Source: Asterias rubens | Taxonomy: Eukaryota | Assembly (NCBI RefSeq): GCF_902459465.1 | Contig: NC_047076.1 | Span: forward strand, 9,362,001 to 9,426,000 | Direction of reading: 5' to 3' | DNA: 64,000 nt | Part shown: positions 1-12,100 of the stretch, piece by piece | Numbering within the stretch: position 1 is the first letter of the stretch | Layout of the letters: each line of letters opens with the position of its first letter | Position numbers and translations under genes: made by a program | The notes under the pieces: generated by a model | Database searches by the model: none | Told to the model about the DNA's origin: nothing | What the model saw: the letters and a program-made list of their open reading frames with translations, nothing else

Positions 1-419
1 TTTTCACAGGTTTGTTATTTAATGGTTTTGATGGGATACACCAAGTGAGAAGACTGGTCTTTGACAATTACCAAACGTGTACCTTCCCTATAATTAGTAA
101 ACATGTAGTCAGTAGGCATTTGTTCTGTCTGGTTTTTGTGACTGTTTTCCAATGGTTAAAACAAACTATTTTCTTAACAGTATGCTGGTTTTAAAAAATT
201 TAAGCCAATTGTTCTAATTGCGATTTAAGGCTAAAAATTAACCCAGTAAAGATTCTACTGAAGCGTTATTAATGTTCTTTGACCAAGGATGTTAGCTTTA
301 TTTGGGGAAATATTGAGTTCGAAAATAGGCGAAAAATTGAAAATAAAATAAATAAATAATAATAATTAAATGTACAAGTCCGGAATTGTTATCAAATGTT
401 GACAATTTTTTAAGTTTAA

Positions 420-755
420 AGATGCTATGTCAGATTTTTGGCAGATTTGACCCAAAAATTTTGATTTAAAATTCAATAGGTATTTTGATTGGGGTCGAGA
501 AAGTTACAAGCTTTCATTTGAGTCATTGCTCGAAAAAGTCCGCCAATTAATAGTAGCAGTGAAATAAAGTGCTCAAAATTAGTTTTTGTCGGATCCCGAC
601 AATATATCACGTGACCAGGTATTATGCGTTTTATAAGAAACGTTTTAAATTTTTGTCATGGTTCCTGACCATTAAAAGTAAAAGTTGAATTTTTTTCGCT
701 AGAGCAGGTGATACTCTTTGAAATACCATTCACTCAAATTATTTTTTTTTTTTTA
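420..755 (+). mobile_element. TTAA-targeting element, family B (right end lost)
   Basis: High identity to 34988-35290. Confidence 0.75.
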
Positions 756-2200
756 ATGTTTAACTCTATATTATTACATTTTCAGTATCGTTATCATTAG
801 TCATGTTTACTCTTTTACTTGTAGGCTACTTTACGTATGATTCTGTCTTTCTTATTGTGAGTACATAAAGTTTACATTGAATAGAATTGTTAAAATTGCG
901 CTTTAGGCTCAAATATGATGCAGTACACTGAAGTGTTAAAGTTCCCCTCCCTGATGTTAATTTTCCTTCTTTTTCTGGAATGTTATTCAATTGCTACGCA
1001 TGGGTAAGTCCCTAAAAAAAAGACGCGGCCACCTTTTGTGTGGTCCTCAGCAGTCAGTGTCCTAGGCATACACGCTGTTTTGTCATGACTGACCTAACTG
1101 CCAATAACTCACCGGTGGATCGTGGCCGAGAGTTATAATTTACGGTGATGCAGTATTCACACTTATTTCAATCTTATAAAAAAAATTCAGCCTTCAAAGG
1201 GTAGGCCTTGTTTTTACTCAAATTACAGCATTTCAACTGCTGCAATCACCCCTTGTGATTTCATCACTTTTTGCACAAATTTGGTTCAACTGCTAGACTT
1301 GCCCCCTATGATTTTGTTCATAAAATTGTGATTTTTTAATTTTTTGGGAAAAAATTATATCAAACTGCTGGACCTACCTCTTATTATAATTTCTCACCCG
1401 AATTTGATAAAACTGCTTAAACTTTTTACTTTGATAACAATATTTGGTAAAATCTTAACCATACCAATTACACAGGCTAAGCCTTGTACTAACCAAAATG
1501 TTTGCAGAGTTTACAGCATTGTGACAAACGGTTAGGTATCAAATTTGGACATAATTTAATGCATAGAAATCACACTGTTAAATATTAGAGAGGTATACAA
1601 AACAGTAAAACAACAAAAGAACACAAGTCAATGGCAGGAAATTCTCGTGCTGCTCGGCAGGTAGGCACAAGTGACAAGTCACCTGCTTTTATTCAAAGCG
1701 CCATCTGTTGGCAACAAAATGGTAGGTAGTAACAATTTACTGTATGGTGTTTTAAAAGTGTACATCATGCAAATGCTTTTGGTTTGACTGACCACAGCGT
1801 GCACAAGGTTTTCTTGAAAATTAGTGACTGTTGTGTTTAATGAAGCTCAAATCGTCTGGGTTGGTCTTTGAAGTTCGTGTACTTACTATGTGGGTGTATT
1901 GGCGGATATAATAACATTACTGATTAACAAGACTAAGCTTAAATCTAACAGATAAATACCTGATCTTGTGTTGATGCTTTTATGTTTACTTGGTAAAGCC
2001 AGACCTCCAAGTTAACAGAGTCAAAACTATATTGAATTACACTTAGCCATTTTTTAGTAATGGTTGGTTAATATTTAACCCTATACTATCGGTCCTTATC
2101 TAGCTGGCCTTGTTCTTAGCTCCCAAAGTATGGCACCACAGTAATTGATCTGGGTGCCAAGGGCCTGTTATTATCATATTGTGGAGGATTGAGGACTGTG

Positions 2201-2441
2201 CTCTCTAAATGTAAAAGAGTGGAAAAACACCACTCTTTACATTTCGAGCTGTCCCTCATATGGCTCTTCAAAAAGAGTGGTGGTTATTTCACTCCTTTAG
2301 AGGGGTTTCACTCTAGGACAGTGAAAAATCACTCAAAAAGATACAAACTTCAATCTAAATGAGTGGAAGACCACTGGAAAAAAAGTTGTCCATCATATGG
2401 CTCTTCAAAGAGTGCTTTTTCACTCTTTTACATTAAGAGAG
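2201..2441. mobile_element. MITE with CTCTCTAAATGTAAAAGAGTG TIRs and an internal diverged duplication
   Basis: Right end CACTCTTTTACATTAAGAGAG; CATATGGCTCTTCAAA occurs twice. Confidence 0.6.
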
Positions 2442-4076
2442 TGGTCCCAAACATTGCCGAGCACCGGGCTTGGCATACCAATCTTAGCCAACTCTAAACA
2501 TTTGTGTTGTTGAATGACAATAGGCTTTTGGGGTTACAGGCATATGATAACAATCTTACTGACTTTCTGAGAAAACAAAAAAGGATCATGCCTATTTTAA
2601 CGTAAAACTTGCCCTTAAATAGAAATATATTTGATACAGTTTTTTACTTATTCGGTTTCATGTCAGTTATCACAATAACAAACAGCTATAAAAATATACA
2701 TGTAAAACTTTACCACAAGAAGGCATGTGACTGTAGAAAACAGTCTCATGCACTATTAAATATACATGGAATCTGATTGGCTGCTTATGACAAACATGTA
2801 AGCACCAGACCAATCAGAGGTGGTGTTATATGTGATGCAAAATTTATGATTTAAATAATAATTCATGTACATGTTGATAATTCTACAATTAAATACAGTT
2901 TTTAGTTGGCCATTTGGAAACCCCTTAACTAATTAATTACCAAAACGATTCGGCCATTATTTCTAACAAAATATCTGTACATAATCCGATCTGGATAAAT
3001 CATTTTTTACAATTACAGTTCAAGAATACAGATTGTTTTTTTGGCCATCATTGTCCGCACTCCCTTCTCCTGATTTGGTGAAACTGATAATAAAAACAAA
3101 GCAACAAACTGAAGGAATTTTGAAGGAACAACAAATTAACAAATTTGGTAAAATATCATGAAGGGAAGTGTACAATCTAAAACTTGAATACAAATTTTTT
3201 TGAATGAAGAAGCCTTTGGAGCGATATAAACTGTTGCCCAGGTTGTATACCCCCAAGGGAGCTGAGAAACATTAAAAGGAATGTTATTGGCCCAATGACC
3301 AGGGCACTAATGTAAAGCGCATTGATACAGTTATTGTGAAATGCTCTATATAAGAATTGGTTATTATTATTATTTGAAAAATATTTTGTGATGTTAAATT
3401 AAAACAAATAAAAATAAAATGAATACGAATTAAGAAGTGAAACAAATGATTAAAGAAATTTAAGGACCATAGTTGTAGAACATGATCATTCATTTGATAA
3501 ACCTAAAGAAAGAAACATTTTGTCAGTTGAGTTTGAGCAAATGATTCTCAATGCAACCAAACTTGAATGAGAGATGCAATAAATTGAGTAGCTTTTGAAA
3601 TGCAAAAATGGGAAAAAATGAAAATGGGAAAAGAAGTTTCAGTAATACAAATTTGTTCTGCATCAATTAACTAAAACAGTCTTAGTTCATTATTAATATC
3701 GTATGTACAATTTTTGTTCACTAATTTGAATACAATTATACATCTATGCATATTCACGAAGCACAGTTTGGGCTAACATAGTATCAATTATAATTATCAT
3801 AATAATCAGGGACTAGTAATATTAAAAAAGTACCCTCTATGACCAAGAGACAAGAACTTTAAAAAGAAAAGAAATATATGATTCCGCTTATAATTAATAA
3901 GCACGGTTTGAGAAGATTTAATGCCCAACACCATGCCCAACACCAACAAATTAAATCTGAAATGATTATGAACTGAATATATTGGATAATGCAATCAATG
4001 CTCTGGTGTGCTCTTATTTAGAAATTACTGGATCTTGAATTATATCTTATTGGTATGATATATCGGTGTCATAATT

Positions 4077-4330
4077 ATATAGAAAGGTTTGCAGTAACAC
4101 CATGTAACGACTATCTCTAATGAGTTGGGGTGGTTCTGAAAATCAGTATGCTCTGATCGTCTTCTGGAGAAATCCAGAAGACGATCAGAGCATACTGATT
4201 GAAACGTCGAGTTGAAACCAACGGTTCTTTTCAGAACCACCCCAACTCATTAGAGATAGTCATTACATGGTGTTGTTACCGCAAACCTTTCTATATCGTA
4301 TTTCCACCATGCAAAGTTTCAACTCCTACT
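4077..4330 (+). mobile_element. Short Penelope-type insertion with hammerhead-like motif and inverted 5' copy of its tail
   Basis: 12-bp TSD GGTGTCATAATT (4065-4076, 4331-4342); IR arms 4077-4142/4228-4295; motif CAGAAGA-C-GATCAG-AGCATA-CTGATT-GAAAC-GTC-GAG at 4174-4211. Confidence 0.7.
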
Positions 4331-4452
4331 GGTGTCATAATTCACAAATTATAAAAGTCCTTTTTCGAATATTGTTTTTTGATCGCCCGCCACAAAGCTG
4401 GCCACAGCCAGTATCTCTCATACAAACATTGGTTTAGCTTTGATGGTTATTG

Positions 4453-4799
4453 TAGCATTGACTTGTTGTCATACAGGTTTATTATTCAAAGGTTAAAGCT
4501 CAGAGCTGAATAAAGAACAAGGATCCATCTTGATTCACGTTGCAACTCAAACAACTATGTTTTATAGCTTCCATATTTCTCTACCTTTGTTTCGAAATAT
4601 TATATTTCGAAACAAAGGTAGACAACCTTTGTTTCGAAATATTATATTTCGAAACAAAGGTAGAGAAATATGGAAGCTATAAAACATAATTGTTTGAGTT
4701 GCAACGTGAATCAAGATGGATCCTTTATTCAGCTCTGAGCTTTAACCTTTGAATAATAAACCTGTATGACAACAAGTCCAGAGAGGGCGCTATGCTACA
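4453..4799. repeat. ~340-bp near-perfect palindrome with a duplicated central 35-bp palindrome
   Basis: Arms ~4460-4590 and ~4650-4778 are reverse complements; CCTTTGTTTCGAAATATTATATTTCGAAACAAAGG occurs twice in the centre. Confidence 0.9.
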
Positions 4800-4839
4800 G
4801 TTATAAAATGCCAGTTCCTGAAGTTGTGACAGAGTAACT

Positions 4840-4940
4840 AGAAAACAGTACTTATTCTAGTCATTGTGAAATCAGCGGTTAGCTTGGTAGGATTCGAACC
4901 CTCAACCTTGTGATTGCAAGTCCTGCAGTCTAACCCCCGG
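4840..4940 (-). mobile_element. tRNA(Cys-like)-derived SINE; second copy at ~54480-54600 (+)
   Basis: GGACTTGCAATCACAAGGTTGAGGGTTCGAATCC followed by the shared CCGCTGATTTCACAATGACTAG; no acceptor stem. Confidence 0.65.
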
Positions 4941-5660
4941 TCTTTGTTTAACTCCAGTATTATCATTATTATTATAACTAACACAAACTATGCATTTGTG
5001 AAAAAGAATTATTAAATTAATGTACCTGCACAGATTACATAGGGATGTACCTACAAATGAGAAAACAACGTTGAATTACTGATGAATAATGTATTTCAAC
5101 TAATCACAGGTATATCAAATTACGAATTTACATCTTTTTAGTTACATGGAATACAAAAAATTAATTATTAAAAATGTACACAATTAATTAAATTATGAGG
5201 CTTGAATGAGTAACAAAAATTACGGATTGTTTTTTTTTTTAAGAACTGTTAAATCTAATGTCACTATAAGCTGCTGTTCAAATGTCGATGTTTATTTTAG
5301 CGTGGCAATTTGAAGTTATGCATCACTTTTAATTTGAAAAAGATACACAAAGGGCATACAAAGTTCACAAAAGTTTCCTGTCCAATGCTTTATAACTTTT
5401 CTAGCTTGGCAATTTAAACATATGCAACATTTGTACATGGAAAGTTACACAGTGGGTGTTCCAGGCTATGGTTCATCAATATATTGGTCGATGCCGGTTT
5501 CTAGTCTGGCAATTTGATGTTGTACATCAGGTTGACTTGAGAAGATACATGGTGAGTGTCCAAGGCTAATGTCAGCGCTAGTTTCTGTTGCTAGTGTTGT
5601 TGTGCATGTCCTACTCATCTCAAAGATCACTATCGTCCGGTAGCCAACAATTGTAAACCA

Positions 5661-5790
5661 CTGTGACAATAGGGCATACTGATGGAAACGTTGAGTTGTC
5701 AACCAGGGGTTCTTTTCAGAACCAACACTACTCAAAAGAGATTTAGACATGGTGCTGCGCAAACCTCACCCGATAAAATATCAAGATTAC
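5661..5790 (+). mobile_element. Degenerate copy of the hammerhead-bearing short element
   Basis: ...GGCATACTGATGGAAACGTTGAG followed by the same GGTTCTTTTCAGAACC and ACATGGTG..CGCAAACC tail motifs as 4174-4295. Confidence 0.55.
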
Positions 5791-5949
5791 CTGCACATCC
5801 TTCCTGTGAAGACTGCTTCAGGAGTTTAAAAATTATGTCAAATTTGAGTCACTGTTCCAACTGTGGTACGGAGAGAAGATGTATTGTTAGAGTTTGGAGC
5901 CTGATTCCAAACCAGAATCACAAGCGAGAAGATACACTGTTCCAATGAA

Positions 5950-6192
5950 TCACAGTTCTGTTGTAAGAGTACATTTTTTGCCCGACCCGCCCGAGGCAGA
6001 CAAGTTGACCTCTTGGTAGGGGTCAGAAGCTGCCCAGGATCCCGCCATCTGACCCGAGTTCATACTGTTGGACAAAGAGACACTGGGGGCGCTGTTGCCG
6101 ACGCCATTGCTCGTTGGTGGTTTGTGACGCAGACTCTGGATCTTACGGAGGTTACTGGATGAAGTGGTTGGCTTAGGCACTGATTCTAAGGC
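5950..6192 (-). CDS. EPB41L5: EPB41L5 terminal coding exon (ALESVPKP...[12 protein letters not shown])
   Basis: Acceptor TTTCTTTCTTGAAG, TGA stop at 5952-5950, class-I PDZ-binding C-terminus TTEL. Confidence 0.9.
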   Translation of the reverse strand, partial: ALESVPKPTTSSSNLRKIQSLRHKPPTSNGVGNSAPSVSLSNSMNSGQMAGSWAASDPYQEVNLSASGGSGKKCTLTTEL

Positions 6193-9100
6193 CTTCAAGA
6201 AAGAAATGCAACAGACAAAATGGTTAGGTTTGACACATTGAGGGGAACCCTTCCAACTTCATCTCCTCACTGTTCAATTTGTGGAATCAAATTGGCATGT
6301 ACATGTACAACGCCTGGCCATCTATTAGCCATTTGCAAGTTAGATTTGAATATATAATTGTTGCACACTGTGACGTGATCCATGGCGTTTTGTACCCCCG
6401 AGGGGGAAAAATGGTTCCTGAGGTGAAGCCGAGGGTGCCATGTGCCCCCCAAGGGTGTACAAAACCCATGGACCCCAGTCACAGCGTGCAACAATTTTTT
6501 TGTTGTACTGTACATGTACCTCGGTAACAAACATGATTGTTCCTCTTCACGAAGTTCTGTTGTCATCTTCAAACATTATTACAACAGATTAGGCATAGTT
6601 TAATAATAAGCAGATGAACAGTTCAAATGAGAAACAATTTTTCACTTTTCCCTTAAACCCGCGGCTGTTTTGTACAAAGTGCTGAAAATCAACCAATGGT
6701 GGGAACGATCACTGGTTTCTATGAATAGCATACCTACAATGTAAATACATAAAAATAACAATAGTATAATAATAAAACTCATGTCACCTCCGGGCTGTGC
6801 AGCCATAGAACATAAGTTTTTGTTTCACATCACGAGGACCAATCAAACTTCACAATTTGTTACCGAGGTATAACAATGATGTCTGGTGCAATGACTTGCT
6901 TCACAAGTTTCTGCTATAGAGACATTTGCTGTGTCAAATGTTTCGGGCAAGCTTATATATAGCCAACTCCTGATGAGCTAACCCTAGTACCATAGTTCCA
7001 TACACATTCAGTCAGAATTGTGTATGGGTGGTCACTGCCACAAATCATGTGACATAGCAACTGTCTCTATAGTTGGATGAATTCAAATTTAATTTGTGAC
7101 ATGTGACTAAGCAAGTCATTGTACCAAACATTAATCAACTCTAATTTTCAAATGGCTTATTCAGTTTGGTTATACACATTGCAGACCCCTTGCATAGGAC
7201 GTCACAAGCCAGGTACACACATTGAGATCAAGAAAACGTGCCCCGTTTGAAGAGTGTTGCATGAACCACATTAGTGACACATCACATTGAATAAAACCCA
7301 GGAAATATTATGCTATTGTAATGGTTAAAGCCAGTGGACACTATTGGTAGTTACTCAAAATAATTGTTGCCATAATATAAAACCTTGGTAACGAGTAATG
7401 GGGAGATCTTGATAGTATAAAACATTGTGAAAAACGGCTCCCTCTAAAGTAACATAGTTTTCGAGAAAGAAGTAATTTTCCATTAAGTTATTTTTGAGAC
7501 TTCAGAATTAGATTTTGAGGTCTCGAAATCAAGCATCTGCCATGTCTGAAAGCACACAACTTCCTGTCACAAGGGTGTTTTCTTTCATAATAATCTCGCA
7601 ACTTCACCGACCAATTGACAATGGTTGAGCTCAAATTTTTCACAGGTTTTTTATTTTATGCATAATTATGTTTAGATACACAAAGTGAGAAGACAGGTCA
7701 TTGACAATTACCAATAGTGTCAGGTGTCTTTAATGTTCGAGTGAGAAACTATCGCTTTCTCAAAAACAATATTACTTCAGAGGGAGCCGTTTTTTCACAG
7801 TGCCTTTTACTACTGTCATGGGTTGTCAAAAAGGTTTCAGCTTACCAAGTAGTACAGAGAGTTAGCTTCAACAAGGGTTAGAATCACAATATTAAAGTCC
7901 ACCCCACTCCCTCGAGTGATTTACTTGGATGCAACTTCACTCCAACGAAACCCAACACCATAAGGTAACTCAACAAATTGGGGAGGTAGTGCTTTCTGCT
8001 CTACCCAGGCTTCGGACTGATGATACCCAAGCCTACATCCGTATGGACTGTAAAGGGGGTAACCCTGTTTCAGCCCTAGGAGTGGGTGGCAACTGCCTCT
8101 GGAATAAATTCATTGTAGCCCACACCATGAAGTGGCCTTCCGGCCTTGTGTGTCTGGCGACTTGCATTAAAAAAAATTTTTAAAAACATATATTGCCTGT
8201 TACTGGTATTCAGCTGTTGTTTGCTTATCCTGGAAACCACACAGAAATTTGGTTGGAATGAAATTGGGCCAAGTTCACAAGGGCAGTCCTTAGAACAACC
8301 GATTCAAACAAATCATGCAGTTGGTGTGTGAAGAGTTTAGGATAGTTGAGGAGAAGGAGTGTAACCTTCAAAGAAATCTACCCTTCTTTGAATATTGTAA
8401 ATGTTGAAACGGTAAAATTGAAAAATAAAGTTACATTTTGTTTTTACATATGGGGTAGGATTTTATAACTCTCTGTACTCTATTGCTATGTTAAAACCTC
8501 CTTTAGACATTTTGGATGAAGGATATGGCAATATCTAAGGGGTATACATGAATCTAAAGTTATTAATGCAAGTTGTTAGAACTGATTCAAAATGGAGGCA
8601 CTCACAGATCGCCCACACAATCATGAAATGTATCCTCCCATCTATTAACCCAATTTTTTAATCAAGTCAGTCAGTATTGCACATGTGAAACAATACATCA
8701 GAGTATTAAGACCTTCTTTGCATTGATGTCTTCAGCTGCCATCTTGAAGATGAACCAATGATGAAACAATGGAAACGCACAGGGCCCAGATTCATGCCCT
8801 GCTTACCGTAAGCAAAGAATTGACACTTGCACAGGCAGAGCATGACGCGCTTACATCAAGCGTATTTCCAGGTTAGCAGGGAATTTTGGCTTCTGCGTTT
8901 GCCTACTCAACGTTACTAGGCATTCTTTGCTTACACAGCTACAAGTACAAGTACAAGTAGTGCGGAAGATCGATGCTTGTCCTGCAAGCAGAGAATGGTA
9001 ATGATAAGCGCAGAATTCGGAGATAAGCAGAGTGATGAAATTGGGCCCAGAGTCCAACAGGACTGGCCAATAAGCAACCTCCTCTGACCTCTACAGGAGG

Positions 9101-12100
9101 GGCCAAACTCAAATTACATCATGTTGCTAAAAGGTCAACTGATATGATCAACTCAGTGAAGCCCGGTTCCTACTTCTTGCGAATGCAAATGGGATTTGCA
9201 TAACAAATAATTTGCATAACATAGTTGACTTGAGTGTTCAATTCCATGGAAACATTCACTGCAAAAATAGCCCTGTCACATTAACATGTGTACCACATTG
9301 GCTTGAAGAATGAACCGGCTTAAGTATTTACCTGTGCAAGAATCTCAAAGTTACTGTTCAGAATCTGAAGTAACTGTTGCTGTGTAATATAACTCTTTCT
9401 TTTCTAACATTTGTTCATGAAGTCATTTGCTGCCGGTATACAGTATATATCTTTTTAATCTTTAGGAGTGTATACTTTTATGAGTGCATCCGTTTTGAAT
9501 TAGTACAAGCAGGGAACCAACTACCTACTTCTAGTTTACTGGCAGCTGAACCGGAGCTGGTTACCGATGAAACTCTCTGCATGAGAGAAAGGGGGTTTGG
9601 AGAACGGTAGTGAGTCAATGACATCACATATTTAAGGTTCCCCCAATCCCCTCCTTCCAACCCCGTAAAGAAAATTGGGGAATTTTTCTTTCACAACTGA
9701 ATTTCACCTTATGTTTCGAACAGGTCAACAAATAGTGCAGGGAAATGTTGAAGATAATTTACCTGGACAAACTTGCAAAGTTTTGTTTTGTTTTAATTTT
9801 ATTGTGAACAATTCCTTTTTTCTTTCAAATCTTTTTAGGGTTGGGGAGAGGGGGGGTCCTTAAGTATTTGGGGAGAACAAGACAAACAAGTAATGAAAAC
9901 ATAAAAAACAACAAAATTATTAAGTTGGTTAACATGTTAAAGTTGGTAATATGATAAAGCAAACAGATTGAAATAGGGAGGTGATCACAAGCATTTATGA
10001 CAAATTAGCAGCAACCTATGATAGCAAACAAGATTCTTTTGCCATATTGTCAAATTAGGTTTGGATGAATTCCAGAATTTGATTAGACCACATAAGTTCA
10101 GCGCATTTTAGTGCATGCATTTAGTGCAGCGTTAGTGATCGCAAAAGTTAGGTTTGTCAAACGAGCATCAAATGCAAAAAAAAAGTAAAATGCAGCATGA
10201 AAACAATAAAACAAGACATGGAAAAAAAACTTTGGGAAAACAATATTTGTTGTACAAATACAAAAATGGGGCAAATCAAAAGTTAACTAAAATGTACAAA
10301 AATAATACAAAATGACATACCCCGATGTTGGAAAGGGAGGGAGTGGTAGAAGTGGCCATGCTTTTATCTACGTCTTCAGGGTTAGACTCAATAGGTGTAC
10401 TCCCTACGGTGACCTGAATAGCACCCTCGTTGGCAGGCGAGCCAACAAAAGAGAACACCGCGCCGCCGGGGGACTGCTTGTCTACGAGGGACAATGCCGC
10501 AGCACCCTCGGTTGTTGGCTCGTTGCCAGCCTGGCTGCTCTCAAGCACCGCAGCGGCGGTGATATTGTCTATTTTCTGTTCATCGGTTGCGTTGTGCTGG
10601 GGAGGGATGTCAACTTCTTGCAATGGCTAGTGTGAAGGGTGAAGGAGATAAGGGGTTCATGCAATAAATCAAAATAAAAAAAGGAGGGAACAAAAAAACA
10701 TGACGGGTTTTACAGTGGAATAAGATGGGTTATGTTTGGGGGTAAATTCTGGAAGAGTCAGTAGTCTAAGAAGCAAGTCTTAAACTAAACACTAATCACT
10801 GATTGTAAGCTAAACATTACATTAACTGTTTAGTTTAGAAATGCTCTTTAAAGAAAATGACCCAATTGTAAAATAAAAATAAAACACACAATGTGTGATC
10901 GAAGAAAAAAAAAGAAACAAAGTTTGCACAAGCTTCTTCCTTTTTTATCGTATCAAGAAAACAGGCTCATAAAAAAGAAAGAAAAAAAGATTGCATTTGC
11001 GCAAGATATCATAATGTCTGTGTCAACAACTGCAGGAAAGTAGCTAAGCCAGTGCAATAAAAGCTGGACAAAATTAATGAGCACTGACGCCTATTTAAAA
11101 ACGTAACCCTGAATCAATCACATTCCAAAAGATTAAGGAAGCTTATAAAACCCAAGCCCATAGATTTCCAATACAGATAGTATGTCTGGCCAAAAACAAT
11201 AACTCCGTCAAAATGGAGACAAACTTCCAGGTAAGTATTTGGCAGCACCAATTGATGTTGATGTAAGGGCAAAAAACACAGAATACTGGTTATCCCTGAT
11301 GCAAAATTTACATCTGTTTGCACTAGCTTAAATTTTAAAATGTGATGGCAGTATGCCTTTGGTTTTTGAACCTTTACTGGAATTTGGAAGCTTGGCAGTA
11401 CTATTTTGTTTTTCCTTTCCTTTTTTTTTTTTTTAGTTAGGCAATAACAGCTTGCATTGGCTGCCATTGCTGATAAAACTGGCACACCAGACAAGCTATT
11501 CATTCATCCCTTCCTTCATTCATTCATTCATAGAGTTGTGTGCTCGTTTTCATTGTTCCTCATCCAAGATGGCAGCCAATGCAAGGAGGTCTACTGATAT
11601 AGGATTGAGGCATTGTATGGTGAGGTATCAATGTATAATATTTGGTTTGCGGTAACACCATGTGTGTATCTACTTGCCAGGTAGAGTTGTTCTTAGAGAA
11701 CTGTCTTGCTTTATTCTACTGCCGCGGAGTAGATAATCAAAGGTACGGTAAACTTCTCAGTTCTGAACTGTCCTGCTTTTTAACTATTACCAGGGCGGAT
11801 GGTATAGAAAATAGACTGGACTACTACTTTAGCTTATAGGATCGTAATTAACTGTACTGCCACGGAGCCAGTTCTAAATTGGTCTCAACGTTTCGACTAG
11901 CTTGCTCTAGTCATCGTCAGGTATACTGATGTTCGGATTTCAAAAACACTGCAACTGTCGCCAGTGGATTTGGAAATTTTTCAGTAATATTTGTTTGATT
12001 GTCAAAACTTTAATTGAATTATGAAAAATTTCAGGGTAAACTCTTGTTGGATTACGATGGATTTAGCAGTAAGTAATAAAGGATTACATGTAGCTGAAAT

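Noticed and set aside
4878-4940. tRNA-Cys-like sequence (also tRNA-like heads at 47575, 54480, 60543)
   Set aside because: No acceptor stem and an incomplete D arm; each is followed by shared non-tRNA bodies, so they are SINE heads rather than tRNA genes
8713-8742. Possible 30-nt exon [10 protein letters not shown]
   Set aside because: Donor GTCTTA is very weak; no other support
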